Assembly (NCBI GenBank): GCA_030867685.1
Contig: JAQOWU010000003.1
Span: forward strand, 868,001-932,000
Direction of reading: 5' to 3'
Length of the DNA stretch: 64,000 bases
Source of the DNA: Wickerhamiella versatilis
Taxonomy: Eukaryota
The position numbers and the translations under genes were made by a program. The notes under the pieces are model-generated. The model ran no database searches, was not told the DNA's origin, and worked only from the letters and a program-made list of their open reading frames with translations. Of this stretch, positions 19,625-29,603 are shown in pieces (position 1 is the stretch's first letter; each line of letters begins with the position of its first letter).

Positions 19625-19985
19625 GGAACAATTAGCTGCTTACTTACATATGGCATGTCCCCCTAAACCTTGAAATTCACGGTCCAGAGGAAAGGTGATA
19701 GGTTATTCAAGTAACGAAAAACTCTATTTCACTTGATGAGCATGTTCTAGGTAGGCTTTATTTTGCATTTTATCAATGACATGAATTTCCGACATGAAGT
19801 AAGTAGAGTAATTGAGACCTTAAACAACAATTTTCCAGTTCATGGAAATGCTATTGGTTAAAAACTCTGTATTATTTAACTTTGTCGACGGTTTACGATA
19901 GCTGTCTGTGGGGGGGCTCCAAAACAGCTCGGGTAATCTGAGTCATCACTATTTATACTCCGCTGCGCGGCGCACGCTACATCTA

Positions 19986-22019
19986 ATGCCTTCCTCCGAG
20001 GCTGTCGGAGAAGGTAGCTGTCCACTAGCACGCATCAAGACCCCTAGTTATTTACAGAGATACACCTATGAAGGCGTAGGAGACGGTCAGAAGTATGTTT
20101 TCGACGAGGATTCTATCAGCGCTACACAGCGCCACCTCGACGACATCGAGTTGCAAATCTCTAAGAGAGGGATAACTCAAACAGAGTTGACTGGACCTCC
20201 ACCTAAGCGCCTTGCCACTGATAATGGCCCCACTGCCCTTGCAGAGCATGCACTCGCTGTTGCCGCTGAGCAACAAGCAATTTCTGTTCCGTCTTCTGAT
20301 GAACATTTAGATTTGAGTTTACTTAGTCCAACAGCGAGTCCACGTCCTGAAACAGTTGAACCACGCGCTCATGAAAAGGACCTTGTGGTTACTTCCCAAT
20401 CAACTCTCCAAAAGATGGCTATGGTGAGCCGCTCATTTCGTGAACTTCCGAGTGGGCTACATCGTTTTCAGCTCTTCGATCTATTCAAAGCATGCGACCG
20501 ATCAACACTCAGTGCAATGTTCCAGGAGCTTGAACCGGCTTTGCGCTGTGATATTCTGTCGCGCCTACCAGCCGAGATTGCAGGAATTGTGTTGAGTCAC
20601 CTCGATTACAAGGATCTGTGCGCCTCAGCACAGGTATGTAAAAGCTGGAGCCATTTATTGAGGACTAATGACCAAGTTTGGCGGAACCTACTTGAGGCAG
20701 ATGGATACCAGATAACCCCAAGCGATGTTTCATTACTTGAGGGTAACTCAGACAAATACAGAGGAAACAAAACCTCAGCGGAAACCCAGAATGGTGTGCC
20801 AGGTTCCTCCGATAATCATAATGAAAAAAGCTATAAGGCTCTTTACAGCCGACGAATGGTACGAAAGAATAATTGGTTCAATCCTCGGGCGCAGCCTCGC
20901 CGCATTCAGATACCTTGCCGTGACCAAGAGGTTATTACTTGCCTCGAATTTGATGAGGATAGAATAATTGCTGGAAGTGATGGAAATCAGCAGATTAGTG
21001 TGTACGATACCCGATCTGGTGCATTATTGCACAGTTTCACAGACCACGAGGGTGGTGTATGGGCTTTGAAATGTGTTGGGAAAAACACTTTGGTAAGTGG
21101 ATCTACGGACCATACTGTCAGAGTTTGGAATGTGAACAAGAATAAATGTACACATGTCTTTAGGGGGCATACCGCCACAGTGCGATGCCTTGATGTTATA
21201 ATGCCAGTTCCCATAACCGACTCACTTGGCCAGACGCATCTTGCCCCTGAGCGGCCCATCATAGTCACAGGTTCCCGTGATGCTACGCTACGCATGTGGT
21301 ATTTGCCACAGGAGGACGATCCTGAGTGGTTCAGTGCTGATAATTATGTACATTCTGAAACGGATCCTTATTACATTCGTACCCTCACTGGCCACACTAA
21401 TCCGGTTCGTGCCGTCAGCGGTTACGGGAATACTATTGTGTCGGGTAGTTATGACAAGACGGTACGTGTTTGGGACCTTGACACTGGAAAGTGCCGCTGG
21501 GAATTGTTAGGGCATACGGAGAGAGTTTATGCTGCTGTTATCGACCCTGAGAAAGATCGATGTATCAGTGCATCAATGGATTGGCATGTGAATATCTGGG
21601 ATTTAAAAAATGGGTCCCTCCTGTATTCACTGGCAGGTCATACCTCTCTTGTCGGTCTTCTTGGGTTGTGCTCCTCCACTCTCGTATCTGCAGCTGCGGA
21701 TAAGACTCTGAGAGTATGGAATCCTGAGAACGGCCAACTCCTGCACAAGCTTGTTGGCCATGATAGTGCTATTACCTGTTTCCAGCATGATCGCCACCGC
21801 GTTGTATCAGGTAGTGAGCGACATCTCAAACTCTGGGATATACGAACGGGTAAATTCGTTCGCGACTTACTTACTGGTTTAGACCACATATGGCAAGTGG
21901 GCTTCAATGATAGGTGGTGCGTAGCGGCGGTAAGTCGTGGGCAGACAAGTTATATAGAGGTCTTGGATTTCGACAGCGATACTTCTAGGCCTCCACAGTT
22001 AGACGGCCCATTGCATTGA
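19986..22019 (+). CDS. CDC4: F-box/WD40 protein Cdc4
   Basis: F-box DILSRLPAEIAGIVLSHL; WD40 repeats HEGGVWALK, GHTATVRCL, VTGSRDATL. First ATG at 19986 (track start is GTG). Confidence 0.93.
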   Translation: MPSSEAVGEGSCPLARIKTPSYLQRYTYEGVGDGQKYVFDEDSISATQRHLDDIELQISKRGITQTELTGPPPKRLATDNGPTALAEHALAVAAEQQAISVPSSDEHLDLSLLSPTASPRPETVEPRAHEKDLVVTSQSTLQKMAMVSRSFRELPSGLHRFQLFDLFKACDRSTLSAMFQELEPALRCDILSRLPAEIAGIVLSHLDYKDLCASAQVCKSWSHLLRTNDQVWRNLLEADGYQITPSDVSLLEGNSDKYRGNKTSAETQNGVPGSSDNHNEKSYKALYSRRMVRKNNWFNPRAQPRRIQIPCRDQEVITCLEFDEDRIIAGSDGNQQISVYDTRSGALLHSFTDHEGGVWALKCVGKNTLVSGSTDHTVRVWNVNKNKCTHVFRGHTATVRCLDVIMPVPITDSLGQTHLAPERPIIVTGSRDATLRMWYLPQEDDPEWFSADNYVHSETDPYYIRTLTGHTNPVRAVSGYGNTIVSGSYDKTVRVWDLDTGKCRWELLGHTERVYAAVIDPEKDRCISASMDWHVNIWDLKNGSLLYSLAGHTSLVGLLGLCSSTLVSAAADKTLRVWNPENGQLLHKLVGHDSAITCFQHDRHRVVSGSERHLKLWDIRTGKFVRDLLTGLDHIWQVGFNDRWCVAAVSRGQTSYIEVLDFDSDTSRPPQLDGPLH

Positions 22020-22123
22020 GTGCTTATATATTTATGCCTTACCATGAGACGACCCGAATTCTAAATGAAACCTGATTCTATATGCCGTATTATTTAGTGA
22101 GTGATATAATGCAATAAATAAAC

Positions 22124-22666
22124 TTATACCATGAAAGACTCTCCACACCCGCAAGACCCCTTTGAGTTGGGGTTGTTGAAAACAAACCGCGAACTCAACT
22201 TGTCCGTTACAAAATCCATTTGAGAACCAATGACAGAAAACAGAGCTTTAGCATCAATTAGGACCTTAACACCATCTTGATACACCTCCTCGTCGAATTT
22301 TCCAGGATGCTCGACATATTCCAAATTATATGTCAGGCCAGAGCAACCTCGATTGTTGACGCCGATCCTGATCAGCTTCGGCTCAGGTGAGTCAAGTAAC
22401 ATGCGCAAATGCTCCACTGCCGCTGGAGTAAGAGAAATTGCTGCCTTCAATGGCTTAAGTGGTCGACGTCTCCGTGGTTGAGGAGCTGATGCCTCGCTTT
22501 TAGGTTCAGTTTTTGTGGCTGGCGCCGGGGCTTGCTGTCCAGAGGGTTCCTGCGGCTTCTGGGCTGGTGCAGAGGGTGTGGTGAGTCTGTGAGAGCTCCA
22601 TGGCCTTAATGGTTTCGTATGCAATTGACGAAAAGATCTAAAAGGCACTCGTCGCAACGCTAACAT
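22124..22666 (-). CDS. ISA1: Mitochondrial A-type Fe-S assembly protein Isa1
   Basis: Presequence MLALRRVPFRSFRQLH; RGCSGLTY; NPNSKGSCGCGESFMV. First ATG at 22666. Confidence 0.96.
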   Translation of the reverse strand: MLALRRVPFRSFRQLHTKPLRPWSSHRLTTPSAPAQKPQEPSGQQAPAPATKTEPKSEASAPQPRRRRPLKPLKAAISLTPAAVEHLRMLLDSPEPKLIRIGVNNRGCSGLTYNLEYVEHPGKFDEEVYQDGVKVLIDAKALFSVIGSQMDFVTDKLSSRFVFNNPNSKGSCGCGESFMV

Positions 22667-22839
22667 TCGAGGTGCCGGTAGTGAAACTAGTGTGATTATG
22701 TAACACACCGTTCGGTAAAAGGTAAGCAACTAGGTAATAGCTATGATTTTATTGGCCATTGCGGAACTCGGGTTTGCTAGGTCATATCTTCTCCTTCTAG
22801 GATCAGTGGTACTTCATATTTCTGCTTGTCACCACGAGA

Positions 22840-24651
22840 TCAATTACGGTATTTAATAGGTTCAGTTTGAAAATCCAGCCATTTGCGCTCGGCTTCATCT
22901 AGATCAGGATATAGTACTTCCCGGCATTTGGCATGATAATTATCAATAAACTCAATTTCACTAGGACTGAGAAGCGCAGTATTCAAAAGATTTCTGTCAA
23001 AGGGCACTAATGTCAATGGCTCGAACTTACAGAATTTGCGGTCTAGGAAATTATATGGCGTCTCTGCCCACTCACATAAGATATCATTTTCCACACGCAC
23101 ACCAAATAAACCATCCTCATAGTAACCTGGCTCAATTGTGACATAATTTCCTGGCCTTAAACGTGACTCCGGTCCATAACTCATACCAATGCCTATTGGC
23201 AATTCATGGATTGTGTTGTAGCTTCCGACACCATGACCAGATCCATGACTATAGTCTAGTCCAACTTGCCACAGAAATTGTCTTGCAAGAATATCGAACT
23301 TTCCTCCGCTAGTCTCTTCCGGAAAGGTCGCCATCGTTACTGCAAGGTTTCCACGTAAAACTGCAGTGTACGCAAGTCGCTCCATTTCAGTGGGGGTTCC
23401 GAAATGAACGGTTCTCGTGATGTCAGTAGATCCCTGTAGAAAATGAGAGCCACTGTCTAATAAATATACCTCCTTGTCGGTAATAACATATTTATCATTA
23501 TTCGGATCCGGCGCATAATGCGGAGAACTGGCATTGCCTCCGACACACGATATACTTTCGTACGAGAGTCCTCTGAAATCCGGTAATTGCTGTCGAATCT
23601 CGAGCAACTTCATGGACCCCTGGTATTCCGTGATAGGAATACCTCTTTTAACCTGATCATTGAGCCACGTGAAGTACTTAATATAAGACAAACTACATTT
23701 GCGAGAGGCTTCACGCTCCCCTGCGCATTCAACGGGATTCTTGATGTCGCGCATGGATCGAAGTGGAGACGCCTCTGTCTTGACAGGGCACGCCTCCTCA
23801 GCGAGTGCCCATGACATACCAGCCGGAACCCACCAGCGTGAAGACTCCTTCGAATTTTTCAAATCCGACCAAATTTGATCGTAAGGTCGAAAATCTATGC
23901 CATCATAGAGAGATTTGACTCCCTGTAATTTCTTGGTATCGCCGTATAATCGGACAACATCTCGGGTTACGACCGTAAACGCCTTAAACAGTGGATTATA
24001 CGGTACGTCGCCGCCACGTAAATTGAAAAACCAGGCTATGTCTGGTAGGCTGTATAAGAGCAACGCATCAACATCACCAAGCACATTTCTAACTCTTTCA
24101 ATTTTTGATTTCCATGTCTCACCCGTAAATTTCAGTGGTAATTGCCAAATAGGCTCATCAGGCAACTGAGGGCGGCTGGAACCCCATAATTCGACAATCA
24201 GGTCGGGAACAGGAACCACGTCAATGTCTTTGGCCCTCAAAGACTCAGCCACGTCAAAAGGGGTTGTTTTAGGGTCTATTCCGACTCTTCCTTTTTGTGC
24301 TGCGAGAGCATCTTCCCAGCCAACAATACCAGGATTTCCTAGCTTGCGCACCGTCCAGTCGGAACTTAATTGTCGTTTAGCCTGTAGATGGTAACGTGAG
24401 TCGGTCGCAAGCTCTGCAAAGTCCAAACCAACAATTGCTGTACCTGCGGATCCAGTGAACCCCGTGAAGTAGGCTATTCTCCTGTCAGCCTCCGCTACAT
24501 ACTCACTGGAATGCTCATCACCACTGAGAATCACAAATACACTAATCCTTTCGCGACGCATGAGACCACGCAACTTATCTAGCTTGGTGCTTTTTCGAAA
24601 GCTCATTGGGGGCCAGTGTTTGATGTTTGACCCACTTGATCCTCGTATCAT
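22840..24651 (-). CDS. Xaa-Pro aminopeptidase P (M24B, Fra1-like), tandem copy A
   Basis: TGFTGSAG, TDSRY, LLDSG...TDITRT, HGSGHGVG...HE, EPGYY, VRVEN; all metal ligands present. Confidence 0.93.
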   Translation of the reverse strand: MIRGSSGSNIKHWPPMSFRKSTKLDKLRGLMRRERISVFVILSGDEHSSEYVAEADRRIAYFTGFTGSAGTAIVGLDFAELATDSRYHLQAKRQLSSDWTVRKLGNPGIVGWEDALAAQKGRVGIDPKTTPFDVAESLRAKDIDVVPVPDLIVELWGSSRPQLPDEPIWQLPLKFTGETWKSKIERVRNVLGDVDALLLYSLPDIAWFFNLRGGDVPYNPLFKAFTVVTRDVVRLYGDTKKLQGVKSLYDGIDFRPYDQIWSDLKNSKESSRWWVPAGMSWALAEEACPVKTEASPLRSMRDIKNPVECAGEREASRKCSLSYIKYFTWLNDQVKRGIPITEYQGSMKLLEIRQQLPDFRGLSYESISCVGGNASSPHYAPDPNNDKYVITDKEVYLLDSGSHFLQGSTDITRTVHFGTPTEMERLAYTAVLRGNLAVTMATFPEETSGGKFDILARQFLWQVGLDYSHGSGHGVGSYNTIHELPIGIGMSYGPESRLRPGNYVTIEPGYYEDGLFGVRVENDILCEWAETPYNFLDRKFCKFEPLTLVPFDRNLLNTALLSPSEIEFIDNYHAKCREVLYPDLDEAERKWLDFQTEPIKYRN

Positions 24652-24949
24652 GCTGCGTTATGAGACGGGTAACCAGATGAGATAAGCTCATTCTACCTAT
24701 ATGATAATGCCGTTCTCCGGAGAGGAGTCATTGCCTTATTTTTCGAGCTTATATACAATATTCTAGAAAACTATAAATCGGGGAGAATTTTTGACTAAAG
24801 CATAAGTTATTTTTTCTCGAAATCTTCTAGCCAGGTAGGCATGCTATCGCAGCTTCCCTTTCCCATGATCAACGCGTCCCGTGACTAATAATTACAATCA
24901 GGTTGATATATATGGCGAATTCTCCCTCTTACTTCACAAATTAAAAGTA

Positions 24950-26728
24950 TTACAAGGGTTGTGTGTTTTCGAGAACAAAAGACCTTTCCTTTTCATTCAA
25001 ATAATGGCACAGTGCATCTCGAACACGATCTTGATAATTATTGATCCAAGCAATTTCCTCATCTTGCAGTAGCGTCCGGTCAATTAAACGCCGGCAAAGT
25101 GGAACTAGCGTAATCGTTTCAAATTCAAGGAATTCCTTTGTATCGACATTGGTTTTTGGTGATGCACGGGCAACTAATAAGGACTCAATTCGGACACCAA
25201 AGGCACCATCCTTATAATAGCCAGGTTCATTCGATACCACGTTGCCAGCCTGCAAGGGATACATGTTGGCATTTGCACGTGTAGGGGATATAGCCATTGG
25301 TCCTTCATGAACATTAAGAAAAGAGCCAACCCCATGGCCAGTCCCGTGGTTGTAATCAAGGCCCTCCCGCCATAAAAACTGTCGTGCTAGCGGGTCTAGC
25401 TGGATTCCAGAAGTACCTACTGGAAATACAGCCGTAGCAAGCGCTATATGTCCCTTGAGCACTAAAGTATATGCTTTTTTTTCCTCCGATGTAGGGATTC
25501 CAAAATGGACTGTTCTCGTCGTATCCGTAGTACCATGTGTGAAGTGACACCCTGTATCCAAAAGATATACGTCCTTGTCTGTAATGACACTAGATTTATT
25601 CGGCAAAGGCTTGTAATGAATAATTGAAGCGTTAGGCCCCACACTGGAAATTGTCGCAAACGACTCTCCACGAAATTCTGGCAATTTGGTACGAATATCA
25701 TGAAGTTTGCAGGATCCTTCATACTCTGTGATAGATCCTCCATTTTTGATGAGCTCTTGGAGCCAGCAAAAATAGCGCACAATACTAATCCCGCACTTCA
25801 GTTGAGCTTGACGTGCGCCTGAAAGTTCTGTACCATTTTTTACAGCTTTCAATGATGCAACTATCGAAGGCTGATCAATGAAATTGGGGCCCACAGACTG
25901 GGTAATAGCCCAAGATGCAGAATCTCTGGAGAAGCAAATTTTGGTGCCAGTTCTAGACAGCACCTCTAAATCGCCATATACAGCTTCATACGGCCTCACA
26001 TTAACACAAGCAAGCCGCTCAGAGAGTACTCTTGGGGATGTGAAGAGGGTAACTTTCTCGGTCTCAATAATTAAAAAAGCCTTGAACACTGGGTTATATT
26101 CTATGTCACCCACAACGCGGATATTGAGCAACCAACAAATTTCATCGAGTGCAGTAACTATATAAGCACCAGCACCCACTCTTGCCATCCATTGGCGGAC
26201 ATCAGTTAGTTTTGATGAGTATGTTCTTCCTGTATATTGTTCATGAAGAACTTCAATAGCATTAGTTGGCTCCGGTGGCCGGTCGTCGCCCCATATAAGA
26301 TCTACGAGGTTTGGTTTTACTGCACGAAGTGTAGCACTTGAGCCACGCAACTCTGACATGATGTCGCTAGCACAATTATATGTTATCAGAGATGGATCAA
26401 CACCTATGTCTCTGCCTGTTTGGCGTGCGTGGCTGGCGACTGCTTTCCACCAAGGTGAAACTTTAGGCAATCCCTCTCTTCGTAGTTTCCAAGCTTTAAT
26501 TAATTGTTGCTGTGCCTGGATGAAATACCGCCCATCGGTTGCTAGCTCTGCCCATTCCATTGCAATGATGGCGGTCCCAGCCGAACCCGTAAAACCAGTC
26601 AGGTATTGACGTCGCTCATCGCATGGAGCCACATATTCACTATTGTGGGCATCCTGTGAGAGCACAAGGAAATAACCAAGATTGCGATGGGCCATCTCTT
26701 TTCGAAGAGACGCCAGGCGTTCAAGCAT
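24950..26728 (-). CDS. FRA1: Xaa-Pro aminopeptidase P (M24B, Fra1-like), tandem copy B
   Basis: DAHNSEYVA, TGFTGSAG, TDGRYF, LLDTG...GTTDTTRT, HGTGHGVGSFLNVHEGP, SNEPGYY; closer to the family consensus than copy A. Confidence 0.9.
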   Translation of the reverse strand: MLERLASLRKEMAHRNLGYFLVLSQDAHNSEYVAPCDERRQYLTGFTGSAGTAIIAMEWAELATDGRYFIQAQQQLIKAWKLRREGLPKVSPWWKAVASHARQTGRDIGVDPSLITYNCASDIMSELRGSSATLRAVKPNLVDLIWGDDRPPEPTNAIEVLHEQYTGRTYSSKLTDVRQWMARVGAGAYIVTALDEICWLLNIRVVGDIEYNPVFKAFLIIETEKVTLFTSPRVLSERLACVNVRPYEAVYGDLEVLSRTGTKICFSRDSASWAITQSVGPNFIDQPSIVASLKAVKNGTELSGARQAQLKCGISIVRYFCWLQELIKNGGSITEYEGSCKLHDIRTKLPEFRGESFATISSVGPNASIIHYKPLPNKSSVITDKDVYLLDTGCHFTHGTTDTTRTVHFGIPTSEEKKAYTLVLKGHIALATAVFPVGTSGIQLDPLARQFLWREGLDYNHGTGHGVGSFLNVHEGPMAISPTRANANMYPLQAGNVVSNEPGYYKDGAFGVRIESLLVARASPKTNVDTKEFLEFETITLVPLCRRLIDRTLLQDEEIAWINNYQDRVRDALCHYLNEKERSFVLENTQPL

Positions 26729-26757
26729 TACCGACGAGTGCTTAGTCGTCCACGTTT

Positions 26758-29298
26758 ATGGATTTAGGTCGCGTTGAGCTACTTGTAGGAACTTTATACG
26801 ATCCCAAGGCAACGCCTGAAGAAGTTTTTCAAGCCCAACAGGAAGTGCAGGCACTTCAAAGGAGCCAACTGGGTTGGCAGCTAGGAGTCGCTCTGCTAAA
26901 CTCCCCACACCCCAACGCACAATTTCTGGGCGCCCTTAGCTTCATGGTGAAAGTTACGAATGGGGAGCAGCCTTCAGACTCTTTTCAGCAGCTTCTCAAT
27001 CAACTGGAAGTCGCTAAGCAGCGACAATACGCACCATTCGTTGTACGCAAAATACTGGGGGTTTATGCAGCACTGCTTCTCAGATCACCTGATCCATGGG
27101 ATAAAGCCATCAAGGACATAGCTCTTATTCTTGGTAATGGGGATGCATTGTGTGAGTTTTTACGTATGGTCATCGAAGATGGTCAGGCAGACTCTGTACG
27201 ACTCAGAGCACGCGCAGAACCTGCGGCTCCATTTGTACTACAGATTCTTGACGGACTTCGTACGCCGCAGGCCATTGACTGTTGGGCAGTATGGGCTAAT
27301 GCATTCTTCGACTTGATGCAGCCATTAGTACCACAAATATTGCGAGACCTTGAAGATGCCACTCTATTTGAAAAAGCATGCAATGTCGTGAAAGATATCT
27401 ACGCTTCACACTGGCGTGAGTGGAGTATAGGAGACCGTAGAATCTTGACAGAGACAATCGCAAACATTCTGAATATACCTCTGGAAGATGACAATTTCTT
27501 ATCCTTCGCCAGGCTGGTACTGGAAGTTTCCCTTCAAGACTTCACACAAACTAGGTTTCATCGTTACATCCTTCAACTTTCTGGATCTCATGAACATGTC
27601 ACAGAGGATGAACTGGCATTTGAAGTCCTCGAATTCTGGTCAGAATATGTCGAGCATCTTATATCTGCCGGTTGTCACGCTGATCCTATTATTGAGGACG
27701 TAATTTCAATATATCTTCCTCGCATAAAAATTTGGAATATGTCTACAAGTGAGTTCAATGAATTCAACGAGTTTCGAAGGCAATTTACTGATTTCCTTGA
27801 ACTAGCATACCCACTGGTTGGTGTCAAATTATTTAACAGTCTTACGCAAACGATCCTGGCCAATATTAGTGCGGACTGGATAGCTGTAGAATGTGGATGC
27901 TATGCTTTGACGGGTCTTGCTGAAATTGTTGGGACGCAGACTGATGAATATCAGGCGCTTCTTGCGGTATTTGGTTCTCCACTGTGGGACGAGTTACAGA
28001 AATGCCCTTTATGGAGGCCACGCCAAACAGGAGTCCAGATGATTGGATCATTTGTCGGCTTTTTCTCACAGCCAGAAATGAGGACTTTTCTAGCGCCTAC
28101 TCTCAATTACCTCTTTAATAGTCTACGGTCGAGACCTTTGCAGAACGCTGCTGCACGCTCGATATCCCAGTTATGTGAATCCTGTCGCACTCAACTTTCT
28201 GGTGAATGGCAAACATTTTTAGGTATATACTCCCAAATCTGTGGCTCTCTTGAAGAGACTGCACATTTCCGGACAGTTGCCGGAATCACGTATGTGATAG
28301 AATCGTTGCCAAACCCTGAAGTGCAAGACCAAGCGCTAAACGAGCTCCTTGGCATCACACAAACCTGCGGTGCGTCGCCGCTTACATTTTTAAAGCTTGT
28401 TGCCGAGGTGGCGAAGTCTTTTCGCACTCCTAGTGATATGGTTCCTCCAGATGAACTGGAAAAAGCAAGTAATTACTGGCTATCACATACTGGACTGAGG
28501 GATCAGGTTATTAGCATACTCCAAGCAGCACTTGCTTCAGATGATCCTCTGGTTACAGAGACTTGCTGTCGTCTGATTAAGGCTGGACTTGTAGAAACAA
28601 AAATGAGCCCATTCGTATTTGAGGATAATGTAGTCGTTGACTTTATTAGGGCAAAGTGGGAAAATGGACCAGAATCCAGTCGTCCGGTAGTTGTGGATCT
28701 TGCTGCATTCTTGGTAAGTACAGAAGTCTCCGCAAAACAATTAAAACCTCAGGTTGTGGAAATTTTGTTCTCCATATTCCAAAACATCACCGGAGACTGT
28801 ACTGTGAAGTTCCTTGAACTTCTCATGCATGTTGTTACAGGCTGTCCCCAGGCACTCGAATCTTCTCCATACACGACAGACTTCCTGCAATTAGCACTCC
28901 TATCACTAGGGTCCACTGACAGGTTTGTGCTCAGAGCTGCCACATCCTTTTGGACTTCTTTTCTCAGTCAACCTTTGCTTAATGCCGCATTAAACATAGT
29001 TGGTCCTGATCTGACCAACGTTTTATGCTTGCAGATAAGTGGGTTGGCTTCCCGTAGTGATCTTGATCCTGTCACTGACGTGATAAAGGTATTGATGTCA
29101 AAACATCAACGTGTATGCTCCATCTGGTTCAAAGACCATATATTAGACAATCCTCAACAGCGAAATATCTTCAACCTAGAAAAGCCTAAAAGGGCAGAAT
29201 TTCTAGCTCAGTTGTCTTTGGTGCGAGGATCTCGACAGACTAATGAGGTGGTAAAACGTTTTTGGTTGAGTTGTCGAGGAATACCAGATTATTTATAA
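26758..29298 (+). CDS. KAP122: Importin-beta family karyopherin (Kap122/importin-13-like)
   Basis: N-terminal LQRSQLGWQL...AQFLGALS, HEAT-like helical body, LEFWSEY, SGLASRSDLD, VVKRFWLSCRG. Confidence 0.75.
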   Translation: MDLGRVELLVGTLYDPKATPEEVFQAQQEVQALQRSQLGWQLGVALLNSPHPNAQFLGALSFMVKVTNGEQPSDSFQQLLNQLEVAKQRQYAPFVVRKILGVYAALLLRSPDPWDKAIKDIALILGNGDALCEFLRMVIEDGQADSVRLRARAEPAAPFVLQILDGLRTPQAIDCWAVWANAFFDLMQPLVPQILRDLEDATLFEKACNVVKDIYASHWREWSIGDRRILTETIANILNIPLEDDNFLSFARLVLEVSLQDFTQTRFHRYILQLSGSHEHVTEDELAFEVLEFWSEYVEHLISAGCHADPIIEDVISIYLPRIKIWNMSTSEFNEFNEFRRQFTDFLELAYPLVGVKLFNSLTQTILANISADWIAVECGCYALTGLAEIVGTQTDEYQALLAVFGSPLWDELQKCPLWRPRQTGVQMIGSFVGFFSQPEMRTFLAPTLNYLFNSLRSRPLQNAAARSISQLCESCRTQLSGEWQTFLGIYSQICGSLEETAHFRTVAGITYVIESLPNPEVQDQALNELLGITQTCGASPLTFLKLVAEVAKSFRTPSDMVPPDELEKASNYWLSHTGLRDQVISILQAALASDDPLVTETCCRLIKAGLVETKMSPFVFEDNVVVDFIRAKWENGPESSRPVVVDLAAFLVSTEVSAKQLKPQVVEILFSIFQNITGDCTVKFLELLMHVVTGCPQALESSPYTTDFLQLALLSLGSTDRFVLRAATSFWTSFLSQPLLNAALNIVGPDLTNVLCLQISGLASRSDLDPVTDVIKVLMSKHQRVCSIWFKDHILDNPQQRNIFNLEKPKRAEFLAQLSLVRGSRQTNEVVKRFWLSCRGIPDYL

Positions 29299-29603
29299 AT
29301 TAGTTTACCCAAAAGGTTTTTGTAGTATGCGCGAAATAATTGTTCTATCAATGTCTTTTTTACTGTCACCTATCCGTAACGCTTAAACCCTACACGGATT
29401 TGGTATTTCGCAGAGAAATTGGACTTCGCATACGACCAGTTTATCGCGTACAAAACTTCTTTCAATTTGACACTGTATATATATGAAGCATTTCAATGAG
29501 AATTAGTGGAGTCCCCCTCACGTGCCTTGCTTGTCGTAATATATAGGGTAAGGTAAGTTGAATTTTTCAGTCTGCCGAAAAGCAAGTTTTCTAAAACACT
29601 ACT

